This document shows, piece by piece, positions 46,045-59,219 of a stretch of 64,000 nucleotides of DNA; within the stretch, counting starts at the first letter, position 1; the number at the start of each line of letters is the position of its first letter. Both the position numbers and the translations under genes were made by a program. The notes under the pieces are model-generated. The model was given only the letters and a program-made list of their open reading frames with translations. It was not told the origin of the DNA and ran no database searches. Source of the DNA: an uncultured Methanosarcinaceae archaeon (GTDB lineage: Archaea > Halobacteriota > Methanosarcinia > Methanosarcinales > Methanosarcinaceae); contig CAVTET010000001.1 of assembly GCA_963733675.1 (NCBI GenBank), forward strand, positions 992,001 to 1,056,000. The letters are read 5' to 3'.

Positions 46045-46260
46045 GTCGATTAGATCGGAGTAATTTAGGGTTCGGTGTTGGAAATCATGGGGTTCAGATG
46101 AAGTAAAAGATTTCATGGTACCATCATCAATGACTTATAGAGTTTTGATGTATGAATCCTATCGCCGTTTGAGTAAAGATTATGAAAGATCTCCAAAATC
46201 CATTATAACCTTGATCTATACTACTATAATCCATATAAGAATTAAAAGACTGGATAGTAT
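46045..46260 (+). mobile_element. IS5-family transposase C-terminal remnant
   Basis: YRRLSKDYERSPKSIITLIYTTIIHIRIKRL. Confidence 0.7.
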
Positions 46261-46543
46261 CAACAAATCTTTCAGTAAATGATGAAGAATATTTAAAAAA
46301 TTTGGAAAATAATAAAAATCAATGATTTAATTATATTTGATCGTAAGACAAAATATTTTACTAATCAGCCAATTTATTCCCTATTTGTCACAGATTCACA
46401 TAAATTTGGCATCTATTTTCTCAGTATGACAGTAACTTAAAAATTAATCTAAAATTGTTTTGAAACCGTTTGAGTTTAGAGATGTTCTGAAATATGTCTA
46501 AAGCCTTAATTTAGCTTTTTAAAACTTTCAAATATCATTAAAT

Positions 46544-47257
46544 TCATTCAAATATTTCAGGCACGATTCGCCGGGCAACTTCTTCATAAGCTTTTGAGAT
46601 ATCACCTTTATTAAACCTGAAGATATCTTTATCCATGGACTGGCCAGTCTTCTTATCCCAGAACCGACAGGTATCACAGGAAATCTCATCTGCAAGGAGG
46701 ATTTCTCCATCTTTTCTTCCAAACTCAAGCTTGAGATCAGGGAGAATAATACCTCTTTCATCCAGGTAAATCAAAAGTAATTCGTTGACCCTAAGAGCGA
46801 GTTTTCGGAGAATTGTGAGTTCTTCTCTTGTTGCCAACCCAAGTGCAAGAGCAATATCATCATTCAACATAGGGTCTCCGTATTCATCGCTTTTGAAATC
46901 AAAAACGATCACAGGTGATTTGAAAATAGTGCCTTCTTTCAAGGGATACTTTTTAGTAATTGAACCTGCTGCAATGTTCCTGACAATGACTTCGATTTTT
47001 ATGATTTCTACTTTTTTTATAAGCATATCAATATCAAAAATCATCTCAATATAGTGAGTCTGAATTCCCTCTGATTCGAGCATCTCAAATAGCTTTTTTG
47101 AGATATGAGCATTATAGTAACCCTTTTTTTCCATCTCCCCTTTTTTTTCTCCGTTAAAAGCGGTTAGACTGTTTCGGAATTCAGCAATAAGGATTTCAGG
47201 ATTATCCGTCTTATAGATAGTTTTTGCTTTCCCTGAATAGAGCTCTTCTCTTGTCAT
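46544..47257 (-). CDS. purC: SAICAR synthase
   Basis: [39 protein letters not shown]. Confidence 0.97.
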   Translation of the reverse strand: MTREELYSGKAKTIYKTDNPEILIAEFRNSLTAFNGEKKGEMEKKGYYNAHISKKLFEMLESEGIQTHYIEMIFDIDMLIKKVEIIKIEVIVRNIAAGSITKKYPLKEGTIFKSPVIVFDFKSDEYGDPMLNDDIALALGLATREELTILRKLALRVNELLLIYLDERGIILPDLKLEFGRKDGEILLADEISCDTCRFWDKKTGQSMDKDIFRFNKGDISKAYEEVARRIVPEIFE

Positions 47258-47662
47258 ATAATGGTCCTCTTTAGGTAGATTCCCTTGGATAGAGAGATCT
47301 TCAGAATTGTAATTAAATATAAGAGTCCTTATGTCCTAGAAATTTTGATAATATGGTAGTATCCCAGAGTGAGTCTAAGAAATAGAATCATTTCCGAGAA
47401 TTATTGACCTTCATGGAACTAATCAAGTCATTTCTAGAACTAACAACCACTCTCTGGAAACTAAGATGCTTGGATTTTTCATGAGCTTTTCCCAAAAATA
47501 TGTTATAGTTTCCCTGAAGAGATAGAGTAGATGATGACCTCTTCTGCTAAATAAAGTTATCATCTTCCAGAAGTTCCGATTTTCTGTAGCTTCGAATGAC
47601 TGTTCTTATTAGTTTACTATTTTCCTCAATAGTTAACAAGAAAGAAAATTTATCAATACATC

Positions 47663-47908
47663 TTAATTCTTTTTATAATTGCTTCGAGAAAATATAATAT
47701 CCCACTTTTTTATTTGTTCCAAATCAAATTTATTCTTTGTCCTAATCCACCATTTCCATGATATTGAAAATTGATTCCCTTTACATAAACTTAGATTCAA
47801 AAACATTAGTCTTATTTTTCCTTTTATCCTTTCTGTGCTTTTCAAGAATTTCATTAATCTTTTGTTGGATTTAGCTTCAATTACAAATTCCAATTTGTCC
47901 CTATCCAT
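47663..47908 (-). CDS. Hypothetical protein, probably the fragment of a decayed gene
   Basis: 81-aa ORF with broken coding-like sequence upstream. Confidence 0.3.
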   Translation of the reverse strand: MDRDKLEFVIEAKSNKRLMKFLKSTERIKGKIRLMFLNLSLCKGNQFSISWKWWIRTKNKFDLEQIKKWDIIFSRSNYKKN

Positions 47909-48479
47909 TTTAAAATAACTTCCCTGTTAAAAAAGTATCTATCCTTGTGTATTGCTCTCACTTTTACTCCCATCATTCCAATCCTTTCAAATAAGTAATT
48001 AATAGGAATTGAATATTCTTTGCTTAACTCATTTATGTTAATAACACCAAGTTTAGCTTAGATCTCTAATTGTCTAAGGTGCAGAATGAATATTAGGAAG
48101 GTGTAATTCTTCGTTTTTTAATCTCCCTACTCATAGAATGACTATGAGGCGGTAATATTGAATATCATGAAAGTCAACACAATGTCTTGAAACTTAATTT
48201 AAGATCTATCATCTTAGAACTTCATAGTTTATTTTCCTAAATGAAAACCGAAAAATTACAATAAATTTGTAGAGTTATGTTATTAAAAAATATCACCAGT
48301 TAAAAGACTTCTTATTTTGGGTATTTTGACCTTATATAAATAATTGCAAATTTTAAAAAATTGATTTAAGATGTCGAGTATAAAATAAAACATTAAGAAC
48401 TTCTTAGTAGTATAGATGCTTCATCAGGTAAAGTTATCATATCAATGAATATATATAACTCAGATAATGCAGACAAGAA

Positions 48480-49900
48480 ACATGAGGAGATTTTTCTCTA
48501 TATGCTTCAAAACTCTAAAGTTATTTCTTGCATTGAGAGTCTCGAATCTCAAATAAAAGAACGCACAAAAAGATGAATCTTATTATAAGCTCTTTAAGTT
48601 AAAACAATCTTAACAGTAGAAAACCTATAGCCATCGTTTTATTTTCCAAATAAGAACCCTATCCTAAGAATCGTCTGGAAAGGGTATGCTGAGATAGGAA
48701 GATCAAGAAAGTCACTCATGAACTACTCTTGAATAGTTAATGATTCTGATCGGCTAATAGGATATTCCTTGAACTATTGCGAAAAAGGTGTATACTATCT
48801 TGAATATGTTGAGATTGAAGCTCATGAAAGAAAACAAAGTTTTGATCGCCTACCAATAAATCTTATTGTTACAGAATGTTGAATTCAAATGAAGATCTGC
48901 ACTTACTGTAAAAAATTGAATAAAGCTGTTTTTCTAACCAGTGAATTATTCAGTCAAATATGATCCTAATATTTTAGTGCAAACAATTTACTGTACAAAC
49001 TACCAGCTTATTCCAGATGAAAGTATTTCTGAGTTTTATTAAGGAATTTATATAGATAAAAATCTGTTATGCTAACATAATTAGAGTAGAAAAAAGATGT
49101 TCCCTGAATTTAGAGAAATTTTAAAACGGTTTCAGGAAGAAGTTAGTAACTCCTACACCATCATTGTGATGAGACAGGGATGAATTCAAGAAAGAAGGAT
49201 ATTAGCTTCAGTTGGCTTTCATGGCAAAGCTAAATGTCATCTTGTTCATACAAAAAGGAAATCAAAACAATGGAGAAATTATGGAAACTCCTCCGAAGCT
49301 TAAAGGAATAGCAGTTAATGATAGATGGAAGTTCTACAGCAGTTATGAATGCGCTCACGATCTTTGCAGCGCACACATCATGGTGAATTAATGGTATTAA
49401 AGAGAATTATAAACAACAATTAACTAAAGAGGTGGATGCACTTTTAACATAAATAAAAAAATATACTGATGGATGTAAAGAGCAAATTCAAGAACTGAAT
49501 TTTTAGCAAATTAAAGAGTTGGGAGAAAAGTTCGATTCTATAGTCAAGAAAGGAATTGATGAAAATCAGCTTTCTTCAAACCTTCAAAAACAAGGAAAAT
49601 ACGGCGCAAATCCACAAACAAAAGCAAGGGATCTACTTACTAAGCTTGTACAACATAAAAAAAGATATTGTGGTTCCTTACAGATCTGTGAGTTCCATTC
49701 CAAAATAATCAGACTGAAAGAAGCATCGGAAGGATGAGATTACAGCAAACAAAATATAAGGAATTTTAAAAATCACACAAAAACTGTAGCTTTTTGCAGA
49801 AGTTGAGCCTAATTTCTACAATAAGGAATAACCTTTTGTCGGTTATAGACGGTAGTCTAGCGACATTCAAGGGATCGAAGCTAACAATGCCCTGGATAAT
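48480..49900 (+). mobile_element. Highly degraded IS66-family transposase
   Basis: Fragments HERKQ.FD..PINLIVTE, CTYC..LNKAVF, HHCDETG, NDRWKFY, HDLCSAH, VPFQNNQTER. Confidence 0.8.
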
Positions 49901-50139
49901 TGCAATAATTTTTGTGATATATCTCTGATTTGTATAAATGATTTCAGAAATGACGAGGTTCAAAAACGATGTATTCAGTCAATATCCTACTTTTATTTAT
50001 GTCTGCAGCTTCGTAAATTTTATCTTTGAAGAAAGTCAATTATAAGGTTTAGCAACTTAAACAAAGATTTAAGAACTTACCGCATTTGAGTGCATAACAC
50101 TTGATAGTGGATTGATTTAAGCACGCACGGGTAAAAAAC

Positions 50140-51420
50140 ATGCCAGGCACCAAACTAGATATCGTAGAACTGCTTCTGACCGTGGAGATATATAATCGTT
50201 ATCCAGAACTGGATGTAAATGATCTTCCGAAAAACATTAGAAAAAATTACTGGAGCAGTGCAGAGAAAACAGTACCCAAACCCATTACAGCTACATTTAC
50301 ACGAATTGAAAAACTGTACGGAACTAAGGAAATAGAAACAAACGTAAGAAACGTTCCTTTCATAGTTATTGACAAGTCTCATTTTGAACTTCGCCTGAGT
50401 GCTTTCGAAATTGCTGTTGAATGGTTTGAAAAGCAGGAAAGTTCACAGGAAAGGATTGAAAATAATCCTGTTCTGGCCTATTACTACGGAGAAGTGAAAA
50501 AGGTTCAAGCTGCAAACTATGCACTTACAAAGGCAAAAATAAGGCCTAAAGAAGTTGATAGGGAATGGATAGAATCCCTAGTCGCAGAGATCAGGAAGGA
50601 AGAAAAAAGTGAAGAAATGCTCAAGCTAGTGGTAATTATCGCTCCTGAAGATATAAAACAAAAAATACGGGACCTTGTGCTCACCGAAGAACAGGAGGAT
50701 GAAGTTAAAAAAATCAAAAAAGCCATCGAGCACAGAGAATACCTTAGGGAAATCGGCTTACATGATATAGGAAAAATTCTTTTCGTAGGACCACCTGGAA
50801 CTGGAAAGACTTCAGTTGCCCGCGCTCTTTCAGAACAACTATCAATACCCTTTGTTGAGGTCAAACTCTCTATGATAACAGACCAGTATCTTGGAGAAAC
50901 TGCGAAAAACATTGACAGAGTTTTTTTGCTTGCAAAGAAATTGAATCCCTGCATTCTCTTCATAGATGAGCTGGATTTCGTTGCAAAAGCTAGGAATTCG
51001 GATGAAAATGCTGCCATCAAGCGAGCAGTTAATACCCTCCTAAAGGCTATCGATGAAATCAGCCTTGTGGAGCATGGAGTGCTTTTGATTGCCGCAACAA
51101 ACTATCCTCAGATGCTTGATGGTGCAGCATGGAGGCGCTTTGACGAAATAGTTCATTTCCCTCTTCCTGACATCGAAATGCGTAAAAACATCCTAGATAT
51201 CGTAACCAGACATATCGAAGGAGATTTCGATACCAGAGAAATTGCGGAATTGACGGATGGCTACTCAGGTTCTGACATGCGAATGGTAATCAGAGAAGCT
51301 GTCCTGAGCGCTCTTCTGGAAGAACGCAAAATACTCACCCAACAAGACCTGCTGGAAGCAGTCGGATCATTTAATGAAAGAACTGACCTCAAATTCGAAA
51401 AATATGAGAGGAAAAAATAA
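50140..51420 (+). CDS. AAA+ ATPase
   Basis: GPPGTGKT, LFIDELD, AATN, WRRFD. Confidence 0.95.
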   Translation: MPGTKLDIVELLLTVEIYNRYPELDVNDLPKNIRKNYWSSAEKTVPKPITATFTRIEKLYGTKEIETNVRNVPFIVIDKSHFELRLSAFEIAVEWFEKQESSQERIENNPVLAYYYGEVKKVQAANYALTKAKIRPKEVDREWIESLVAEIRKEEKSEEMLKLVVIIAPEDIKQKIRDLVLTEEQEDEVKKIKKAIEHREYLREIGLHDIGKILFVGPPGTGKTSVARALSEQLSIPFVEVKLSMITDQYLGETAKNIDRVFLLAKKLNPCILFIDELDFVAKARNSDENAAIKRAVNTLLKAIDEISLVEHGVLLIAATNYPQMLDGAAWRRFDEIVHFPLPDIEMRKNILDIVTRHIEGDFDTREIAELTDGYSGSDMRMVIREAVLSALLEERKILTQQDLLEAVGSFNERTDLKFEKYERKK

Positions 51421-51422
51421 TC

Positions 51423-52163
51423 ATGAAGCTAACACTGCTTGGAACTGGTGATGCTGTCGGAACCCCTAAAATAGGATGCTACTGTCCAGCATGCGAAGAT
51501 GCTCGAAGAGGGGGAAAAAGCCAACGTCTCAGGTATTCTATCCTTGTAGAGTCCAAAATAGGTAGAGTTCTTATCGACACCAGCCCAGATCTCAGGCAGC
51601 AGTTTCTCATGCAAAATCTTTCCTCCATAGATGGAGTGATCTGGACCCATGGACATTATGACCATTACTCTGGATTTGGGGAGTTCTACAGAATTCAGAA
51701 TAAAGTTGACGTTTATGGAATTTCCGAGACTCTCGACTACATAAATCAGTATTTTTCGTTCCTTAAGCCTAAATATCATTATGTAAATCTCTGTGAGCCT
51801 TTTGAGCTATTTGGGCTACAGTTTACTCTCATTAAGGTAGACCACCCCCCTGTGGAAGTCCCTACAGGGGTCATAATTCGTGAGGGATATACAAAAGTAG
51901 TGATTACAGGAGATACAAGTCCAGAAATACCCAACGTTAGTCTAGAGTTGATGAGAGATCCAAACCTTCTTATTGCCAATGCAATAGTTCCACCACATAT
52001 CCATATCAAAAAACACATGAATTCAAAAGAAGCTATTGCACTTGCAGAGAAAATTAATGCAAAAAAAGTAATTTTGACCCATCTAAGTCACCTCTTTCGT
52101 CCCCATCATATTGAATCCGTATTTTTACCCCTCGGATATGACGGACAGGTACTCGAGTTGTAA
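51423..52163 (+). CDS. MBL-fold metallo-hydrolase (PhnP-like)
   Basis: LLGTG, CYCPAC, THGHYDH, THLSH. Confidence 0.93.
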   Translation: MKLTLLGTGDAVGTPKIGCYCPACEDARRGGKSQRLRYSILVESKIGRVLIDTSPDLRQQFLMQNLSSIDGVIWTHGHYDHYSGFGEFYRIQNKVDVYGISETLDYINQYFSFLKPKYHYVNLCEPFELFGLQFTLIKVDHPPVEVPTGVIIREGYTKVVITGDTSPEIPNVSLELMRDPNLLIANAIVPPHIHIKKHMNSKEAIALAEKINAKKVILTHLSHLFRPHHIESVFLPLGYDGQVLEL

Positions 52164-54126
52164 TTGATTTTCAACCACTTGCAATTTGGTAAAGATTTTT
52201 CTGATTGAAAGTGAGGTTGCGCACCCCTCAGCAAGATGTTGGGTATTTTAATGGAATAAACTTAAAGAAATTTGATAAAAATAATTCAATAAACCTTTGA
52301 TTTTCATGAGTAATTTATATACTAATTATATATATGAAGAAATAAGGGGATTGTTTTCAGATTTAGAAAACAAAATACCAGGTCTCATGTAAGGGGTTTC
52401 AGACTTCGTCCCATAATCTACTCCTTTTAGAAGCAGACACAATACCAAGCCCTTTCAGAACTTTTAGTTTTTAATTCCTAAAGAGATAAATTTTCTTCTA
52501 GAAGATTACTATCTCAACATTTTGAAGAGTAATGTAGTTACCAGATCTTATTTAAGTTCACTAAATTATATCATAAAGAAGTTATGGTGTCATATACAGC
52601 TGCAAGTAACTAGTATATTAGCATCACATTTCTAGATAGATATATAAATCACTCAAAATTAAAATTTGTAATTTGTTCATGTACTTCTTTTTCTCCCAAT
52701 TTTTCCTGATTTTCAACATAGTTTTAATCCCATCGAAAGTTACACGATCAACAACAGTTCCAATCTTATCCTAGCAACTATAATTAGATCTTTCGTTTCA
52801 TAGCGAAATCGGCCTATTACCTTTAAATCAGTAGCATGCATCAGCAAGTCAGTAATTTTTCGTTCGATTAGTTTTGAGAAGAATTATTCAACCTTCAACC
52901 CAGTTTGTGTATAATCATGAAAACAGAAAAAGCTGAGGTTTTAATTGACTCTTAAAGCAGTCATGATCTCTTGCATCCTTTGAGTGAAGATTTACAATAT
53001 CCGTCATTAAATGACTTATTCCTTCCGGGTGTGTATTACAAATTATAGATATAGTAACATTAAATATAACAGATATTACAAAAAATATTAAATACAAGTT
53101 CATCATACAACATATGTATCTGCGAACAGACACAACAGTAAAAAGCCTCCTAAATTTATTACTTGACCCTGCAGCGCTGGATATTCCTCATCTGTAAAAG
53201 CAGGTAGATCGGAAATTTCAGCTGCAGGGAAGAGCACAAACAATTAAAGTCCTCTGCTCAATTTGACTTTTTGCAGATTTCCTTCCAATTATCAAAACCG
53301 TTCATGCTATTTTTTTGGGAACTACACACTTATTCAACGTTGTTCTTGAAAATAGATTCAACTTTCTATCTTATGCCTTCATCAAAAGATTCTAACTTCT
53401 ATTTCTGAACCTTCAGTTAAGATAATAGTTGTAAATTTTTGAACAAATCCCATAAAAAGGTGGCAAAAAAATATATTATCTTAAGAACATCTGCAGAATG
53501 TCGATTTAACTAAACATTTTATCACATTTTTTCTGAAAAATGCTAATATTTTTTGGACATTTTATGGAATCAACAAACTTGACCTGAAGAATCTGTTCCT
53601 GGAAAATATAGGCTTACGACTACCTCTAAACAAGGATAAACGAGAGGAATTACTGCAGCTTGCTTAATTTTCTGTTAAATCACAAATATCAATAAGTTAT
53701 TGAGTAAAATAATCCATAGCATAAGAACTTAATTAGATCAGTAAAACACAAATCTGACTTCGAATTTACAACAAATTCTTAATACCACCTATCTTTTAAG
53801 GTACTTCAGCTATTACATGCTTGAATTATAATGTTTTTGTGGAGAACTAATATGATAATATCGAAAAATCACGGATCATGATTATTAGATTATTTCGATT
53901 GACCCAAATTTGTATTTTCGGCTATTTCTCTTTTTAGCTTTCATTACTACTCTATATTTATAAGAATTACTTTAGACCAAGATCTTTAAAACCTTTATTT
54001 TCGAATTCATTGAAACGATTATCATTATAATTCATATTTTAACTCCAAATACAATGCGCCTATTGTGCCTATATAAGATTGAAATAAAGCCTTACTTATG
54101 AGTAAAATTAAAATTTATCCAAAAAA

Positions 54127-54150
54127 GTAATATATATATATATGTAATAC
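54127..54150. promoter_or_regulatory. NikR-like operator with the spacer shortened to 12 bp
   Basis: GTAATA-N12-TAATAC inside an upstream block homologous to 16758-16895. Confidence 0.5.
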
Positions 54151-54180
54151 TTGACAATCTGGACCTATGAGAATATTCCA

Positions 54181-54294
54181 GGATTTATGCAGCTGAACTG
54201 AAAAATCAATAGAATTGAATATTTGATAGTCTAAAAACAACGTTTAAACCAGAAAGTCAATTCATTTGATTTCGTTTCTCAAGTGCGTGAGTCT
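54181..54294. mobile_element. MITE-like repeat copy, reverse orientation
   Basis: GGATTTATGCAGCTGAACTGAAAAATCAA...TTGATTTCGTTTCTCAAGTGCGTGAGTCT. Confidence 0.75.
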
Positions 54295-54502
54295 TACATT
54301 CTTTAGATATAAACAACGATGAAATTATATAAGGATTTAAATGAGCTGAGTAGTCTATGAGAAACACGCTCAAAAAATTCATCTCAAAAGTAGTACTATT
54401 TTTCGCATAAGTACAATTCTTCAATGCCGTGATAAATTACTCGGTCAAAATAACGATTTCCGATTTAGAACCACAAGAAATGAGTTAGGGGAACAGAAAA
54501 AA

Positions 54503-55222
54503 ATGCACATTTCTGATGGATATTTAGGGCCACATACATATATTGCGTTTTGGATTATCATGATCCCGATATGGTATTATGCAGGACAGAAGCTGACCAC
54601 AGAGCTCAAATCCAAACAGGTACCACTGCTAGCACTGTCAGCTGCATTTTCATTTATAATAATGATGTTCAATATCCCTGTTCCAGGAGGCAGCACAGGC
54701 CATGCCATAGGCGGTGGAATTATTGCCATAGTCATAGGTCCCTGGGCAGCAATTATAGCTATTTCTGTAACTTTGGTATTGCAAGCAATGATTTTTGGTG
54801 ATGGAGGGATAACAGCCATAGCCACTAACTGCTTTAATATGGGAGTGGTAGTACTCTTTGTCGCTTACTACGCCTATAAGTTTATCAGCGGAAATTCAGC
54901 TATTAAATCATCTACGAGAGTTATTGCTGCGGCCATTGCTGGCTGGATTTCTTTGACCATGGCAGCATTATGTGCAGGTTTTGAATTAGGAATACAGCCA
55001 ATTTTAGAGCACACAGCCGATGGAGTACCACTTTATATGCCATATCACTTGAATGTAACTATTCCTACCATGGTACTTGAACACGCTTTAACATTCAGCA
55101 TTCTTGAGGCAGTGATTACCGCAATTATTTTTGCCTATATCCAGAGAACAGATCCATCTGTATTTTATGGAGAGAAATATAACGCGGAAATGAATAAAAT
55201 GATGAAGAACGGCATAATCTGA
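54503..55222 (+). CDS. Nickel/cobalt ECF S component (NikM/CbiM family), intact copy
   Basis: MHISDGYLGP, PGGSTGHAIGG, FGDGG. Confidence 0.93.
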   Translation: MHISDGYLGPHTYIAFWIIMIPIWYYAGQKLTTELKSKQVPLLALSAAFSFIIMMFNIPVPGGSTGHAIGGGIIAIVIGPWAAIIAISVTLVLQAMIFGDGGITAIATNCFNMGVVVLFVAYYAYKFISGNSAIKSSTRVIAAAIAGWISLTMAALCAGFELGIQPILEHTADGVPLYMPYHLNVTIPTMVLEHALTFSILEAVITAIIFAYIQRTDPSVFYGEKYNAEMNKMMKNGII

Positions 55223-55230
55223 AATGAGAA

Positions 55231-55350
55231 ATGTAAATAAAATGGTCCGAAACTAATCTATTGACCTAGTATTACTTCCATTATTGTACCCTTAAGGTAT
55301 GCTTAAGACAGGCACTACACATGGTGACTGAGGACCAAATGAACGTTAAG
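55231..55350 (+). pseudogene. Remnant of the PDGLE/NikN gene
   Basis: Nucleotide similarity to 17718-17835 (ATCTATTG..., CAGGCACT.CA.ATGGTGA). Confidence 0.55.
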
Positions 55351-55576
55351 ATAACTGCTAAATTACAAGGTTTTTAAAATGTCAACTAATCAAATGGATA
55401 GCATCTAAGAATATTAGATATAATAAAACTTGCACAGGGAAAGATGGATGTGCTTACATTTTGTAAGCCGTAGTTGTGCGAAATTAAACCATTGATCCAA
55501 TTGAAGTGTTAAATAAAACTTTGGAATAGTTGCGTTAGCTATTTATCCTCAACATGATACTACGAAGCTCAATTCG

Positions 55577-58500
55577 CTACGTAGAATATTTATTTTTTAC
55601 AGGGCTGTGCGGTATATGTCTGCCATAACCTCCACCACCTGGAGTTTCGATTACAAAAATATCTCCGTTCTTCAGCTTAAGTTCAGCCTGTCCTTCAACT
55701 TCAATAACTCTGCCGTCTCTTCTAATAAGCATGTTCTTTCCGCATTTACCAGGCATTCCGCCTTTGAGCCCGAACGGGGGAGCTTCCTGTGGCTCGAGAG
55801 GATAGCAACATTCACATCCTTCAGGAATTTAAACTTTCGGATAACTCCGTTTCCACCCCTGAATTTGCCATTTCCTCCACTTCCTTGCCGGATGGAAAAT
55901 TCTTCAAGCAAAACAGGGAACTTTGCTTCAAGAACCCCAGGATCTGTAATTCTTGAGTTGGTCATATGAGTATGAACAGCATCTGTTCCTGAAAAGTCGG
56001 GGCCTGCACCGGCACCTCCACATATGGTTTCATAATACTGGAAATCAGCGTTTCCGAAAGTAAAATTGTTCATCGTACCCTGAGAAGCCGCAAGCGTGCC
56101 AAGAGCTCCGAAAAGAGCATCAACAATGTACTGTGCAGTTTCAACATTGCCTGCAGCGACTGCTGCAGGAGGTTGGGGCCTGAGCAGGGAGCCATCTGGA
56201 ATAAAGACCTCAAGTGGCCTTAAACAGCCTGCATTCAAAGGTATATCACTTTTTACAAGTGTCCTAAAAACGTAGAGAACAGCAGCTATGCAAACAGATG
56301 CTGGAGCATTAAAATTATTCGAGAGCTGAGAGGAAGTACCCATAAAATCGATTCTAGCATCACGGTTATTGTGGTCAATCGTGATCTTAACTTTAATTGC
56401 ATTTCCATCATCAAACAAATAAGTAAATTCCCCATCTGCAAGCCTGTCAATAACTCTTCTGACGGCTTCTTCAGCATTATCTTGCAGATGGCCCATATAA
56501 GCTTCAACAGTTTCAATGGAAAAGCCTTCGACCATCTTGCGAAGTTCCTGAAGTCCGTTCTCATTTGCAGCTATCTGTGCACGAATATCAGCAATATTTT
56601 GGTCATAATTTCTTGCCGGGTATTTTCCTGAATTCAACCATGCTTTTAACTTTTCTTCATATAAACGACCTTTTTTGACTATCTTCATGTCCTCATTCAG
56701 CACACCTTCTTCTTCAATAGTCCTGCTGCCAGGCGGCATGGATCCAGGACTGATTCCTCCTACATCTGCATGATGACCTCTGGAAGCCAGATAAAAGAAA
56801 ACATCTCCTGAGCTGCCAAACATCGGGGTAACAACTGTGATATCAGGGAGATGAGTTCCTCCGTTATACGGGGAGTTAATCAGGTATACATCTCCTGCTT
56901 GCATTTCTTTAAATTGTGTCATGATGAGAGCTTTTACGCATTTTCCCATAGATCCCAGATGCACAGGAATGTGGGGAGCATTTGCTACCAAGTTTCCCTG
57001 CTTGTCAAAGATAGCGCAGGAAAGTCCAGCCTCTCTTTTATATTTACCGAATGAGCAGTATTCTGCAAAGTATACCCCATTTGTAACATAAACCTATTAT
57101 TGAAAATCTCTAGCATTACAGGATCCACACCCGTCCTTCTCAACCTGGTTCAATAATAATGGTCGTATTTTTCTCAATTAGAACTGCAGGTCCATTTACA
57201 CAAGCCCCCGGTTTTACTTCCTCTTGAGAATAAGAGTCTCGTGAAACTCCCCATAACTATACATTTGAACTGTAGATACAGGTGAGAAAGCAGGATTTGG
57301 TTTAGTTTCCAACACAGGATCAGAAACTCTTTCCGTAATCCCTACGACCTCTACGGAAACAGCCTCAACAACAATGGTTTTTTCCTCCGTTACAAACCCG
57401 AAATGCTTATTGTGAGTTTCCTCAAAACCTTTCCTGAGAGTATCCTTATCCGCAAAATCCACAAGTAATTGAGTGTCTGAACCTGCATAGCGCATATGTA
57501 CTTTGAAGAGCACAATAATGTTGTTCTTCTGCACTCCCTGCTCCAACATCGAGAAGCATCCTTCCTTTTTAAGCTCTAAAAATACGATTTTCAATTCCTC
57601 TATCAGTCTGTCAGACAGTTCAACCCCTATGTACCGCTCTTTTATAAGCCTCTGATCTGCAAGTCCTATTCCGTATGCTGAAAGAACACCTGCAAAAACG
57701 GATGAATGAAGATACTTTTAATCCCAAGACTGTCTGCAACCCTGCAAGCATGCTGTGCAGCAGCTCCTCCAAAGCAGCAAAGGGTATATTTTATATTGTA
57801 CCCCTGTTGGACTGAGACTTTCTTGATAGCATTTGTCATATTCTCGACTGCCACTGAAAAAAAGCCCTCTGCTACCTGCTCAGGCGTCCGAAAACCACTA
57901 TCGCTTGAGACCTCTTTTGAAAGTTCTGAGAATTTCCTGCGCACAAGTTCGGAGTCAAGAGATTGATCTGCATTGAGCCCGAACAGCTTTGGGAAAAATT
58001 CGGGCTGCAATTTTCCAAGCATGACGTTGCAGTCGGTAACTGTAAGAGGCCTACCTTTTCGATAACATGCAGGACCAGGATTCGAACCTGCAGATTCCGG
58101 ACCTACCCTGAACCTACCTCCTTCGTAATGAAGTATGGAACCTCCACCTGCTGCAACAGTATGGATGCGAATCATAGGAGATCGGCAAGTGCACACCTGC
58201 GATCTCGGTTTCAAGCCTGCGCTCATACTCCCCGCTGTACTGAGCTACATCTGTAGATGTTCCCCCATATCGAAAGTAATGATTTTGCGTGCCCCTGCCA
58301 CGAGAGATGTTGCAACCGCCCCCACAATTCCACCCGCTGGCCTGGACAGAATACAGTTCTTGCCCTGAAAAGCTTCTGCATCGATAAGCCCTCCACTGGA
58401 CTGCATGAACATGAGCCTGGAATTTCTTTTTTCTCTTTTCACCTGTCGTTCTTTTCGTTTTTTATCTATTTCTTCTTGCTCTTCGTCTTCCTGTTCCCCT

Positions 58501-59219
58501 TCTATTTCTTCTCCCCCTTCATCTAGAGTTCTCTGAACCATGTCAACGTACCTTCGGAGAACCGGAGATAGGTATGCATCGACAACAGTCGTTTCCCCTC
58601 GGATCACGAGTTTTATCAACGGGCTTACCTGATGAGAAAGGGATACTTGTGTAAAATCTATATCCCTGGCAAGTCTTCCAAGCCTAAGTTAATGCTTAGG
58701 ATATTTATACGCATGCATCAGGACAATAGCAACTGATCGAATTCCTTCTTTGAAGGCCATATCAAGATCTTTTTTTGTATCTTCAAGATTTAGGGGCACA
58801 AACTCTTTTCCATCTGCCCCTAATCTCCTTGATACCTTGATAACCCTTTCATACAACTGATCTGAAAGTTCGATTTTCGGAGCAAAAATATCTGGGCGAT
58901 TCTGGTACCCTATTCTCAAAGCATCCTCAAAACCCTGATTTATCACAAGAACAGTGCTTTCTCCTTTCCGTTCAAGGAGAGCATTGGTATCTACTGTTGT
59001 TCCCATTTTTATGATCTCTATATGTTCCGAAAGCAGAGGTGCATCTTTGGGAAGCCCCAGAATATAACGAATTCCGTGGATGGCTGCATCTTTGTAGTGG
59101 TAGGTATCTTCAGAGAGGAGTTTGTAAGTGACTAGTTTCCCTGTAGGGTTGCGGGCTACGATATCAGTAAATGTGCCTCTGCGGTCTATCCAGAACTGCC
59201 ATCGAGCTTTGGGAGACAT
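55577..59219 (-). pseudogene. 5-oxoprolinase/hydantoinase A-B fusion with multiple frameshifts and deletions
   Basis: WQFWIDR.GTFTD, MGTTV.TNALLERKG, HTVAAGGGS, NAPHIPVHLGSM, GGTHLPD, SQGTMNN, TPGGGGYG. Confidence 0.92.
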
